A stretch of 64,000 nt of DNA from the human T2T-CHM13v2.0 reference genome, Homo sapiens. The notes below the pieces were generated by a model. It was not told the DNA's origin and ran no database searches. It saw nothing but the letters and a program-made list of their open reading frames with translations. This document shows, piece after piece, positions 51,300 to 64,000 of the stretch. Each line of letters opens with the position of its first letter. The stretch's first letter is position 1. The stretch is from the NCBI RefSeq assembly GCF_009914755.1, contig NC_060934.1; one strand, given 5' to 3'. A program made the translations under genes and the position numbers.

Positions 51300-54200
51300 A
51301 AGTGATCAAACACACCACAAAACAGGAAGGAGGGGAAAACAGACACAACAAAACGGAGCCACTAATGACCCAGATATTGGTGTTATCAGACACAGACTTG
51401 ATGGGTGGAATAGAGACTTTCATCAAAGAACTGGAATCTATAAGAAAGAATGAAATGGAAATTTAAAACTTAAAAATACAATAACTGAAATTAAGTACTT
51501 AGCATATGGGTTAACTACAATTAGATTTAGCAGAAGGAACATTCTTTGAACTGTAATACAGGACAGAATAAAAACTCTAAGCTGAAAAACAGAGACAAAG
51601 AGTATGGAAAATACAGCAAAGAACATAAGATACTTGTGGGAAGTGGTGAACAGGCCTAATACATACGTAACTGGAGTCTTAGAAGAAGGGAGGAAGATGG
51701 GGCAGAAGGAACAGTTAAATAAATATAGGCTGAGAACTTTCCAAAACTGATAAAGCTTTATGATCCCCAAGCAGGATAAATAAAAACAAAACTGCATCCA
51801 GGCACACTATACTTTTTTATTATTATTATTTTTTGAGACGGAGTTTTTCTTTGTCACCCAGGCTGGAGTACGGTAGTGTGCGATCTCAGCTCACTGCAAC
51901 CTCCGCCTCCCCAAGGTCCAGCGATTCTCCTGCCTCAGTCTCCTGAATAGCTGGGATTACAGGCACGCACCACCATGCCTGGCTAATTTTTGGATTTTTT
52001 AGTGGAGATGGGGTTTCACATGTTGGCCAGGTTGGTCCCGAATTCCTGACCTCAGGTGATCCACTGGCCTTGGCCTCCCAAAGTGCTGGGATTATAGGCG
52101 TGAGCCACCGCACCCGGCCCAGGCACACTATACTTAAACTGCTGCAAATGAAAGACAAGGAAAAAACATTAAAAGCAGCTAGAGGCAGGTAGGAGGGACA
52201 CATTTCTTCTTTTCTTTTTTCTTTCCCCTCCCTCCCTCTCTCCTCCTTCCTGCCTCCCTCCTGTCGTTTTCTTTTGTAGAGTGGGGGATCTTGCTCTGTT
52301 GCCTGGGCTGGTTTTGAACTCCTGGGCTCAAGGGTGCTGGGATGACAGGCATGAGCCAGCGCACGTTACTGACACATTACTCTCAAAGGAGAAACAATAG
52401 CACTGAAAATCACTTGTCAACAGAAATGATGGAAGTGAGAAGATAATGGAGTGCCATTCTGAAGTTCCTCAAAGAAAAAAGTGTCAACCTGTAATCCTAT
52501 ATTCACAAAATATACTTAAAAATGAATTTGAAATAGATGTTTCTATTCAAAAACTGAGAAAGGCTGGGTGAGGTGGCCTGTAATCCCAGTCCTTTGGGAG
52601 GTCAAAGCAGGCAGATTGTTTGAGTTCTGGAGTTTGAGACCAGCCTGAGCAACATGGTGAAATCCCTTCTCTACAAAAAATACAAAAGAATTAGCCAGGT
52701 ATGGTGGTGCCTGCCTGTAGTCCCGCTACTCGGGAGGCTGAGGTGGGAGGACTGCTTGAACCTAGGAGGTTGAGGCTACAGTGAACCATGATCATGCCAC
52801 TGCACTCCAGCCTGGGCGACAGAGTGAGACCCTGTCTCAAAAACAAGCAAACAAAAAAACACAAAAAAACCTGAGAAAATTTGCTGTCAGCAGATGTGCA
52901 TACACAAAAAATACTAAAGGGAATTCTTCAGGTAGAAGAAAACTGATCTATGATAGAATCACAGAAATGCAGGAAATAATAAAAAAAAACAGAGTGAATA
53001 TGTGGGTGAATACAAATGAATATTGACTGCACATAGCAATAATAATAATGTCTCATTAGGTGTAAAATATATGTGAAATTAAAATGAGTAATAATAATAT
53101 ACATGCAAGAGTAGAATGGAGGTAAATAGAGATTGAGTATTGTGAGATCATAGCATTGTCTGGGAAACAATAAAAAGTAAAATTTGTATTAGATTATAAT
53201 AATGTACAGAAGTTGTAATCTGTGGAGGAAACCACTGAAGAAATTATAAAAGAATGTGTAAGTAGAACCAATGGTAGGGGGGGAAACGGAATTAAAAAAA
53301 TAATCAGAAAGAAAGCAACAGAAAAGAAAAAAATAAAAACAAAAATGGGTAAGACAAATGGAAACAAATAGTAAGATGGTATTTATGAACACAACTATAT
53401 CAGTAATTACAATAAATGTAAATTCACGAAATACACAAAAGACAAAAATTGACAGACTTGATTAAAACAACTCTATTCAAGAGACATGACATCATTATAA
53501 GAACACTGAAAATTCAAAAATAAGGGGGAAAGTGAAAAAAATACCACTGTGAGTGGTAGAGAAAGCCATTTCACATAATAAAGGGTTCACTCTACCAGAA
53601 AACGTCAATTTTAAATGGGTATGAACCTAATAACACAATCTCTAAATGCATAAAACAAAAATTAACAAAACTCAAAGGAGAAATAAACAAATTCATAATA
53701 ATAGTGGCGGGCTTTAGCCTCTCTCAGTAATTTATAGAAAAACAGACAAAAATATCAGTAAAGATGTAGATAATTTGACCAACCTGATTAACAAACTTGA
53801 CCCAGTTGAAATACACATAACACCTGCACACAACTGCAGAATGCACATTCTTTCAAGTGCAAGAACATTATGATAAGAATATTATAGGAAAGTCTGTCAT
53901 AAACATAGCTTATATAAAAATGTAACAGCAAATTAATCTAAATTTTATTTATTTATTTACTTATTTTATTTTTTTGTTTATACTTATGTCATAGTTTATA
54001 TAAAAATATAACAGCAAATTAATCTAAATTTTATTTATTTATTTATTTACTTATTTTATTTTTGGAGACAGAGTCTCGCTTTGTTATCCAGGCTGTAGTG
54101 CAGTGGCGTGAACATGACTCACTTCAGCCTTAACCTCCTGGGCTCACGCAATACTCCTGCCCCAGCCCTCCAAGTAGCTGGGACAACAGGCATGTGACAC

Positions 54201-55465
54201 CATACCTGGCTAATTTTTGTGGTTTTTGTAGAGACCGAGTTTCACCACGTTGGTCTCAAATTCCTGAGCTTAGACAATCTACCTGCCTTGGCCTTCCAAA
54301 GTGCTGGGATAATAGATGTGAGCCACTGAGCTTGACTTAAATCTAAATTTTATTTTATTTTATTTTATGGCCATGCTCCCTCTAATAAATCTAAATTTTA
54401 AATAAATAAGTCCAAGTATTATTGTGTTTATGTGTATAAACCTGTGCACACACACAAACGCGTACACACCCTGCTGGTTTCTATTACAAGAATGTTAAGT
54501 TTGGTTTGACATTCAACAGTCAATTAGTATAAGTCATCACATCCAAAGAATAAAGGAGAAAAATAAAATTATTTCAAAAGGTGCAGAATAAGTATTTGAG
54601 AGAAATTTAACCTCATTTGTAATTAAAAAAAATCTTTTTAACAGCTTGAGAATATATGTTAATGAGTACATTAAAAATCCTATAACAACCATCAAACTTC
54701 ATGGTGAATATTGACAACTCTCCACATGCCACACCCACCACCCCTGAGATTGAGGATGAGACAAGAATACCCACTATCACTACTTATAGTCAGCATTCTG
54801 CTGGAGGTCCTAGCCACTGCAATTTGTATACCAATTTTATATCTTGCAACCTTGCTGAACTTATTAGCTCTAGTAGTTTTTTTGTGTGTGGATTCCTTAG
54901 GATTTTCCATAGACAAGATTATGTCATGTGCAGATATAGTTTTACTTCTTTCTTTATGATCTGGATCACTTTTATTTCTTTATCTTGTCCAATTGCTCAG
55001 CCCCTGCAGTTTGGCAAGAGCTAAATAAGGCATAAAGATTAAGAAAGGAAGAAATAAAACTGTCATTCACAGAGGACATGATTATACAAAAATAATCTGC
55101 AAATTATTATAATTTAAATGAATGTCACAAGGCCACTCACTGGATAACAAGGTCAACATAGTTTTGTAGCAACAGAATCTGTATATACTAGCCATAAACA
55201 AATATAAAACGTCTAAGAATAAATCTATTGAAGGATGTGCAAGAACACTTTACTGAAAACCACAAAAATAGTTCTGAGAAACATACAAAAGACTTAAAGT
55301 GAAGAGATATACCATGTTAATGAATAGGAAAATTGAATATTTTAATGATGTCAAATGGCCCCCAAATTGTTCTACATAATCAATTAAATCCAATAAAATT
55401 CTAGCACTTTATTTTGTGGAAATTGACTAGCTGATTCTAAAGTGTTTTATGGAAATGTAAAGGGC
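51300..55465 (+). mobile_element. Old L1M ORF1/ORF2 fragments with Alus (51812-52119 -, 52562-52870 +, ~54030-54336 -)
   Basis: L1 motifs (aaaatacaataactgaaattaag, gaactttccaaaactgata, gagatataccatgttaatgaatagg). Confidence 0.75.
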
Positions 55466-55909
55466 TTCTTTCTTCTGGAGTTGCCTTGTGGACAGGATTT
55501 GAGACAACCCAGGCCAGGTCTCTCTGGTCCATGGAAAGCATGTGTATGCTTTTTGCCCTGACTATGTCTGTAGAGAACAACCAAAACAACAACCTCCTCC
55601 CCATCAGAGAGCCAGCTAGTCTCTTGCCATTTAGATTTTTCAGGGATGAGTCAGAGATACCAGTCTACTCTGTCCTGCAGAAAAGGATACTTATCAACTT
55701 TTCCACGTGGCCCTAGAAAAGTCACTGCTAGTCAGAAATCTCACTTTGGAATGTGGGGGTGGCTGGCATCTATCCGGATGTCAGATGAAACAGGAACAGT
55801 TCCACTGTAGTAGCCTGCTCTATAAACACACAGAGAACCCCTATTACATGTGAACTATGAAGCTATTAGAAACTACAGCTTTGTGGACTACTTTGAAAAT
55901 GTGCAAGTG

Positions 55910-56222
55910 GGCCGGGCGTGGTGGCTCACGCCTGTAATCCCAGCACTTTGGGAGGCCGAGGCGGGTAGATCATGAGGTCAGGAGATCGAGACCATCCTGG
56001 CTAACACAGTGAAACCCCGTCTCTACTTGAAAATACAAAAAATTAGCAGGGCGTGGTGGCAGGCGCCTGTAGTCCCAGCGACTCCGGAGGCTGAGGCAGG
56101 ACAATGGCGTAAGTAAACCCGGGAGGTGGAGCTTGCAGTAAGCCTAGATCGCGCCACCGCACTCCAGCCTGGGCGACAGAGCGAGACTCCGTCTCAAAAA
56201 ACAAACAAACAAACAAACAAAA
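55910..56222 (+). mobile_element. AluY with TSD gaaaatgtgcaagtg
   Basis: CpG-rich, Y-diagnostic bases, perfect 15-bp TSD, (AAAC)n tail. Confidence 0.94.
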
Positions 56223-56416
56223 GAAAATGTGCAAGTGAAATAAGTGACAAAAAGCAAACACAAGATATTCTGTCCATACGAAACACTGCGAGGCGACACT
56301 TGTATTTGTAGATTGACAGAAATTGCAGGTGGAGTTAAAGAGGTACAAACTCAGTATAACATTCATTGCCTCTTTTGCTAAAGTTGTTTCACTGCATAAG
56401 AAAAAGATACTGGTCG

Positions 56417-56771
<355 letters not shown>

Positions 56772-57763
56772 CTAGTTACGCAAAACAACGTGTTGACGTG
56801 CAGGCTGCACGATGCCAGGTGCAAATACACACTACCTGTTACAGTAACTGTGACAAGCACAAGGGCTGCTCACTAGCTTGAGTGCAACTTCTGGGGAGTT
56901 GATGGCAGTGATCTGTGGGTACTTCCTTCTTAACAAATTTTACATCAATACTGCAACACAGCAATCTCAGCCCTGTGGGCTATACCATAGCCACATGCTT
57001 TCACCATTTCCTGCTCAAAGGGAGAGCCCAGGAACTGAATGCTCTTAATCAGGGAGAGCACAGAAACAGCAGCAGAACAGCTGGAGAACCAGGGCTGTGT
57101 GGTTTTGGACTGTGGGGAGGGTGGGCCATGGGCAGACTTGACACAATGTGGGAGGGCATTTGACACAGCCCCGTGGAGGACCTAATGCTCAGGGAGGCCT
57201 TCACCCAGCACAGTGAGCCATGCCGACACTTGGTGCCTGAGTGTGCTGGTCACAGCGCCCTCCCTGTGATTTTCCCCATAGCAGTGTGTTTTCTCTGCCA
57301 GGCAGAAGGCAGAGAAACCCTGGCTGAAAAAGCAGTGAGGGTCATCGACTGCATGAACACATCATCAGCTTTCCCAGATGGAGGCACCCAAGTTTACCCT
57401 GCAGGTCCATTCAGCAGGTAGAGCTGGGTCATCACTAAACAGGATCTTTCTTCTGAGCACCTGAGATTCTGGTCCAAATCAGGGCTGTGAGGACCAGGGG
57501 CTGGGATTCCGAGCCCAGGCAGCCCTGCAGGCAAGGAGGAGGGAGTGTGTCGGAAGGCTGTATGGCCAGAGCCGCTGACCGGGCCAGGACTTCTTTGTCC
57601 CCTCTTCTCTCCTGCATATCAGCACTCACGTCCTCCTGGCTCGGGCTGGCCTGGCAGCTCGGGGAGCTGTTGGATGAAACGTCCATGCGTGTGGCTGTGG
57701 CTGTCACGTGCAACTGCGAGGATGGTCGGCTCCCAAAGCGGAACCGCGGTGCTGGGCGAAGGG

Positions 57764-57906
<143 letters not shown>

Positions 57907-58261
57907 CTGCAGGGGAGGGAGAGCACCAGTGTGCTCCTGAGCACAGAAGCCCCGTCCCCAGTGACCTCCTTTCCTCCCTCCTCCTCCCCAGGAGGAAGTA
58001 GCAACTCCCCTCCTCTCTGAGTGGGAGCTGACGGCCCCCAAAGGGGCCCTGCCTTTGCTCTGCAGCTGGAAGGGCTGCTTCTCCCCCTGGGAGATTGGGA
58101 GGAAGGAGAGCCCTGAAAGACTCTCTCCTTGAGGGCCACCAGCTCTGACCCACACCCTTCTGTGGGGCCGTATTAAGTCTACCTTATGCCAAAGAGCTGA
58201 GGGAGGAAAGGGCCCCTCTAGAAAGAAGGCCTCGGCCATCCGAGAGTACATTCAGCAGTAA

Positions 58262-59928
<1,667 letters not shown>

Positions 59929-61857
59929 TCACACAGTGCTGCGGCCCCGCGGGCGTGACCAGAGGAAGCCGGCTGAGGAGTGCACTGCCCTGCGGCCCAG
60001 GCGGGGCTCCGCTCCCTTCCTTTTCCTTCCTCTTTGCATCAGGAAAGTACCCATGGCTCCTGCAGGCCCTGGTTTACCAGAGCCTGGCACCACAAGCCTG
60101 TCCCTCCCTGTTGGGGGGCTGCTCACTGGGCCCCCAGGCCCCCTGGGGCCCCTTAAACACCTTGTACAGAGGGCTAAGATTTGGTGGGTGAGGGTCAGAG
60201 TCACAGTGGAAGGTCTGGATCCTGCCTGGCTTACGGTGACCCCAGACGTGAACACAAACAGGTGGCTGACCACCACCACCTCACTGGGATGGGTGGGATG
60301 TGTGGGGTGAGCCCAAATGGGGTGGGACATGTGGGGTGAACCAAGCCCTCCCCCTCTGCAGCTCCTGTATTCTGGGTTCTCAGAAACATCAGAGCCACAT
60401 TTTCTCAGGGGGCTTCCCTGTCTCTCCAGAACCCAGCTCCCAGCACCCCTCAGGACAGAGCCTGCCCAGCTCTGCCCATGTCACTTCACTGACCCCCGCC
60501 CCTGCCAGGCTTCTCCCACACCTGCAGGGCCAGCACCCAACATGCTGAGAGAATGGGGACCCAGAACCAGATGAACACATCAGGGGAAACCGAATCCATT
60601 CTCTCTTGGGGTCCTGAGCCTCCCAGTGACAGAAGATCCAGGAGATGCGAGTGGGAGGTCGCCCTAACAGGATCTAACATCATGCTCCAGATTGCTGAAG
60701 GGACACAGATCGGTGCCTCCTCTCCTTGACTCTACCCTCCTCACTCCTTAGCACCAGGCCTGGCTGTACATCCCTGCCAAGGTGCAACTAAGACCTTCAC
60801 CTGCAGCTCAGGGGTGCCCCAGACAGGAGCACAAGAGGAGGCTCATCCCCACCCACAACCCAGGCCGGAGCGAATCTGGCTGCTCAGGCTCTGTGTCTGG
60901 CTTCTGCCCCAGGACCTGAGCCCATGTAAACTCAGGCTTCCTTGGCCTGCCCTCCCCAGGCCCAGGTTCTAAAGGTGTGCTCCCCACCACTTCCTTGTTG
61001 CTCCTCCACTTTGTCCCTAGAATTACAGCCCAGCTCTAGGTGGGACTGTGAAGCTCTGCCCAATGCTTTCCACGAGTAATCAGATTCAGGCCCTTGTGCC
61101 TGAAGACTCCTTGTGAAGACTAGATGACACCTTCTCCAAGAGCAGCTAAGGAATCACCTTGGCTCCTCAGGCTGAGTATACATGTTCTGTATGGAACTTC
61201 AGAAAGAAATGGTCAACATTCATTCCTCACTTTACCAGAGAAAGAAGAAAATGTCACGTGCCTTTGATTCCCTCTTTTTACCAAGACTCCACTGAGATAA
61301 AACTCCTAACACAGAAACCAACACATATTCTCAACACTGGGTACCTGCTGGAGGTCCTGCCTTAGCCCCGAAGCCTCAGGTTTCCATGGGGACAGGTTGG
61401 TTGAGAACTGGTGGCCTAGCTCTCAGCCTGACACCCAATAGTATCCCCACCCAGGAGGCAGATGGTAGTGCAGGCACAGGTTCTGCAGGCTTTCATCTCA
61501 TGGAACGTATGTTAGAGGGTGTCCTCGTCACTCGCCATGCCCCAGAGGAATCAGCAGGGACATCAGGACTGAGAGAAGACATGGCACATCTGACCTCCTG
61601 TCCTGGAAACCCCACATCTTTCTGACTGTGCCAATCACACGGACAATATCTAGAAAAGTTCTGCTCTGCACAGTGTTCTGTCTACCAGGCCCACCCATCT
61701 GAGGACCCAGATGCTAGGAACACACAGATACTGAAGGAGCAACCACCTGCCTAAGGTGCAGGTACCCCTGCATCCATCTGTGGGAGGAAGAGCAAGAAAC
61801 TACCATTTATATGGATTCTTTGGCCCTAAGAATGAACCACCTATTTAGGAGTAACAC

Positions 61858-61920
61858 AGTGATGCAGAATGACCAGGGAGGGTCATTCTCAACCATGCTC
61901 CCTGGTCATTCTGCATCACT
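61858..61920. repeat. Perfect 23-bp inverted repeat with a 17-nt spacer
   Basis: agtgatgcagaatgaccagggag (61858-61880) is the exact reverse complement of ctccctggtcattctgcatcact (61898-61920). Confidence 0.97.
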
Positions 61921-62374
61921 ACAATACACATAGAATCCCCAGAATACACACCTATTAAAGCCTCAATATTCTTGCTTCATACAAACATTTGCTTACAGAT
62001 CCTGAACACACACACCGCCCCCCACCCCAGTGGTGTGTTGCTAACTGCTTAATAAAATGCTCTCCAGGGGGAAATAGGAAAGCCTAGAATTGTGATGCTT
62101 AAGTGGTGTAAATATCTCAGCATGACTAATTTTAAACTACCAACCTAACACCACTGAACACAGAGATGAGAAGAGATGTGCCATGCCCAGTGGCTACCCC
62201 AAGCCAGTACAAGCCAGCTCCAGCACAGCCACATCCTTTCATAGGAATATGTGTACACAATCTACCTGCACCCTGAGTAGGACCCACAACTCTCACCCCA
62301 AATATAAAAACAAAACCAAACGATGTACCTCCAGAACACAACCTCCTCATATATCCTGAACAGACACACACAAC

Positions 62375-62925
62375 TGAGATAGGATAGGGTGGCCATAGCC
62401 TCCATTAAAGGAGAACAACCTTGCTAAACAGATGAAGAGAACAAACCATCCGACAGTGCACAAGGAGGTCCTGCAGTAAGGAGGTGGAAAAGAAGAAGGG
62501 GAAATCCCCAAATTCGCACAAGTGTGAAAACCCATGATTAGTGTCCCTGGGTTGACCAGTGCTCATTATAACAGTGAAAAACACACCCTTGGGTAGAGAT
62601 TTAAGATGTTAATGATTCACCTGATATAGGCACTAGCATGTGCAGCATTTAGCGCATGCACGTCCAGAGAACAGTCCAGAGAGTGCTTAACAGTGACACC
62701 CCTTCCCACCCCTTCATGAATAGTCATGTAAGGCTCCCATAAAGGAGGTTTCCCCAGTGTCAGTCAATGCTGTCTCACCTTTGAGCAGCCCACTCTGATC
62801 GGCTGTCAGAGTGTACATTCACTTTGCAGTAACCTCTCTTGCTTACTTTTACGTTGGACTCACTCTCAAAGTAAGACTTCTTTTGTGCAGCAAAGTCAAG
62901 AACCTGAACCAGCCCACCAGCAACA
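62375..62925 (+). mobile_element. ERV1-class solo LTR (family unconfirmed)
   Basis: TG...CA termini (tgagatagga...cagcaaca) flanked by a 4-bp TSD caac/caac. U5-like gtcaagaacctgaacc. Confidence 0.75.
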
Positions 62926-63105
62926 CAACTGCTACCTGTACCCTAAATACACAGATGGCCTGCACCAATTATTACTTAAATTTGCAGACAAAACTCTACC
63001 TGCCCCAAATGCTCACCTCACTGCTAAAACCATATATGTACATATATACGTGCCCAAATACAAACACGTACAATGAACACAGTACCCATATATACCCATA
63101 TATAG

Positions 63106-63571
63106 TGTGAACCCTGAAAGGGCTGATCATGAGTGGCTAACTGGGCCTAAACTCAAAATGGAGCCAAGCAGCCATTTGCTGACTGCAAGTCTCACACATT
63201 TACCCTGTTTCCTGCAAAAACCACGTACTTGTGTTACTTTGGGACTTTCACAGCTGTCTGTTCCTGTTTATGTCACCTGAATCAAGGGGTACCATTTCAT
63301 CATATGGACTTAAGAAATAGACTGTGACTTGCATCAGCCAATCAGAAATAAACAAGCTTGTATCCCTCATTTGCAGAGTGAACCAGATCGGGAATCTGAG
63401 AACGAATTTCTCTGTAAAAGATAATACCTCTCTTTGTTCTTTCAGAGTGTATCTTTGTTTTGCACTGAAGGCTGGGACTCCTTGATTTGCAAACAGCTCA
63501 GTGGAATCAAATTTCTATTTTTTTCTTTTGTTATTTTTTTAAGAAAATCCTTTTCAGTAGATTTGTTAACA
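63106..63571 (+). mobile_element. ERV1-class LTR (MER57/MER93-like, approximate)
   Basis: ggcctaaactcaaaatggagccaagcagccatttgctgact, ccaatcag box, ends ...ttgttaaca. Confidence 0.6.
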
Positions 63572-64000
63572 GTACATAATGAAAATCCTATAGGCATAGG
63601 CTCAAAAAAAAAAATCACAAGGTATACAACACTTGTGTCATGCATCACCCAGAAAAAGAATCACATACAATCCCACAGCTCTAAAATACAGGAATCCATG
63701 ATTCTTGAATCCAAACACAACCTACACAGCCTCTCTGTTTCCAAATACATGCACTGAACCTCCCACATCTCCCAGAATACAAAACACAGAAGCCACATAA
63801 ACTCAAATACACACAGAACCACAAACTATTTTTATCAAATACATATAAGTCCACCTCACGAACTCTGAGAACACACATACAAGTGGCAACACCAAATTCT
63901 GCGAGTATTACATTTCACAACAGACACAGAGGACCACTAAGTCTTAATATACCCAAAACCCCTCATATACACACTCACAAACTACCCATGAATACACACC

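Overview
Primate, almost certainly human, genomic DNA dense in Alu, L1, L2, MIR and LTR repeats. On the + strand, 1672-~35090 holds the last seven coding exons and 3'UTR of SHLD2 (FAM35A/RINN2, shieldin subunit 2). All seven have canonical AG/GT splice sites and join into an unbroken frame of about 396 codons ending ...VKHGANARL*, including the 207-nt cassette exon and the CxxC..CxxC exon. Downstream lie an orphan CpG island with a CTCF-like motif (~47.1-47.5 kb) and, on the - strand, a 5'-truncated, intron-retaining SYT15 copy. That copy has only the last two C2B exons, a premature TGA in the last one, and no upstream exon in the remaining 4 kb. This best fits the functional SHLD2 locus at 10q23.2, a segmental-duplication mosaic, rather than the 10q11.22 SHLD2 pseudogene/SYT15 copies. 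That assignment rests on recalled protein sequences and gene order, not on a database search. I see no new protein-coding system: almost all entries in the ORF track are Alu or L1 artefacts. The most interesting unexplained signals are a perfect 23-bp bistable hairpin (61858-61920), inverted Alus tightly bracketing the SHLD2 cassette exon, a ~230-bp direct repeat flanking an in-frame exon pair, and the retained splice and polyA signals of the SYT15 remnant. Repeat boundaries and subfamilies were read by eye and are approximate.
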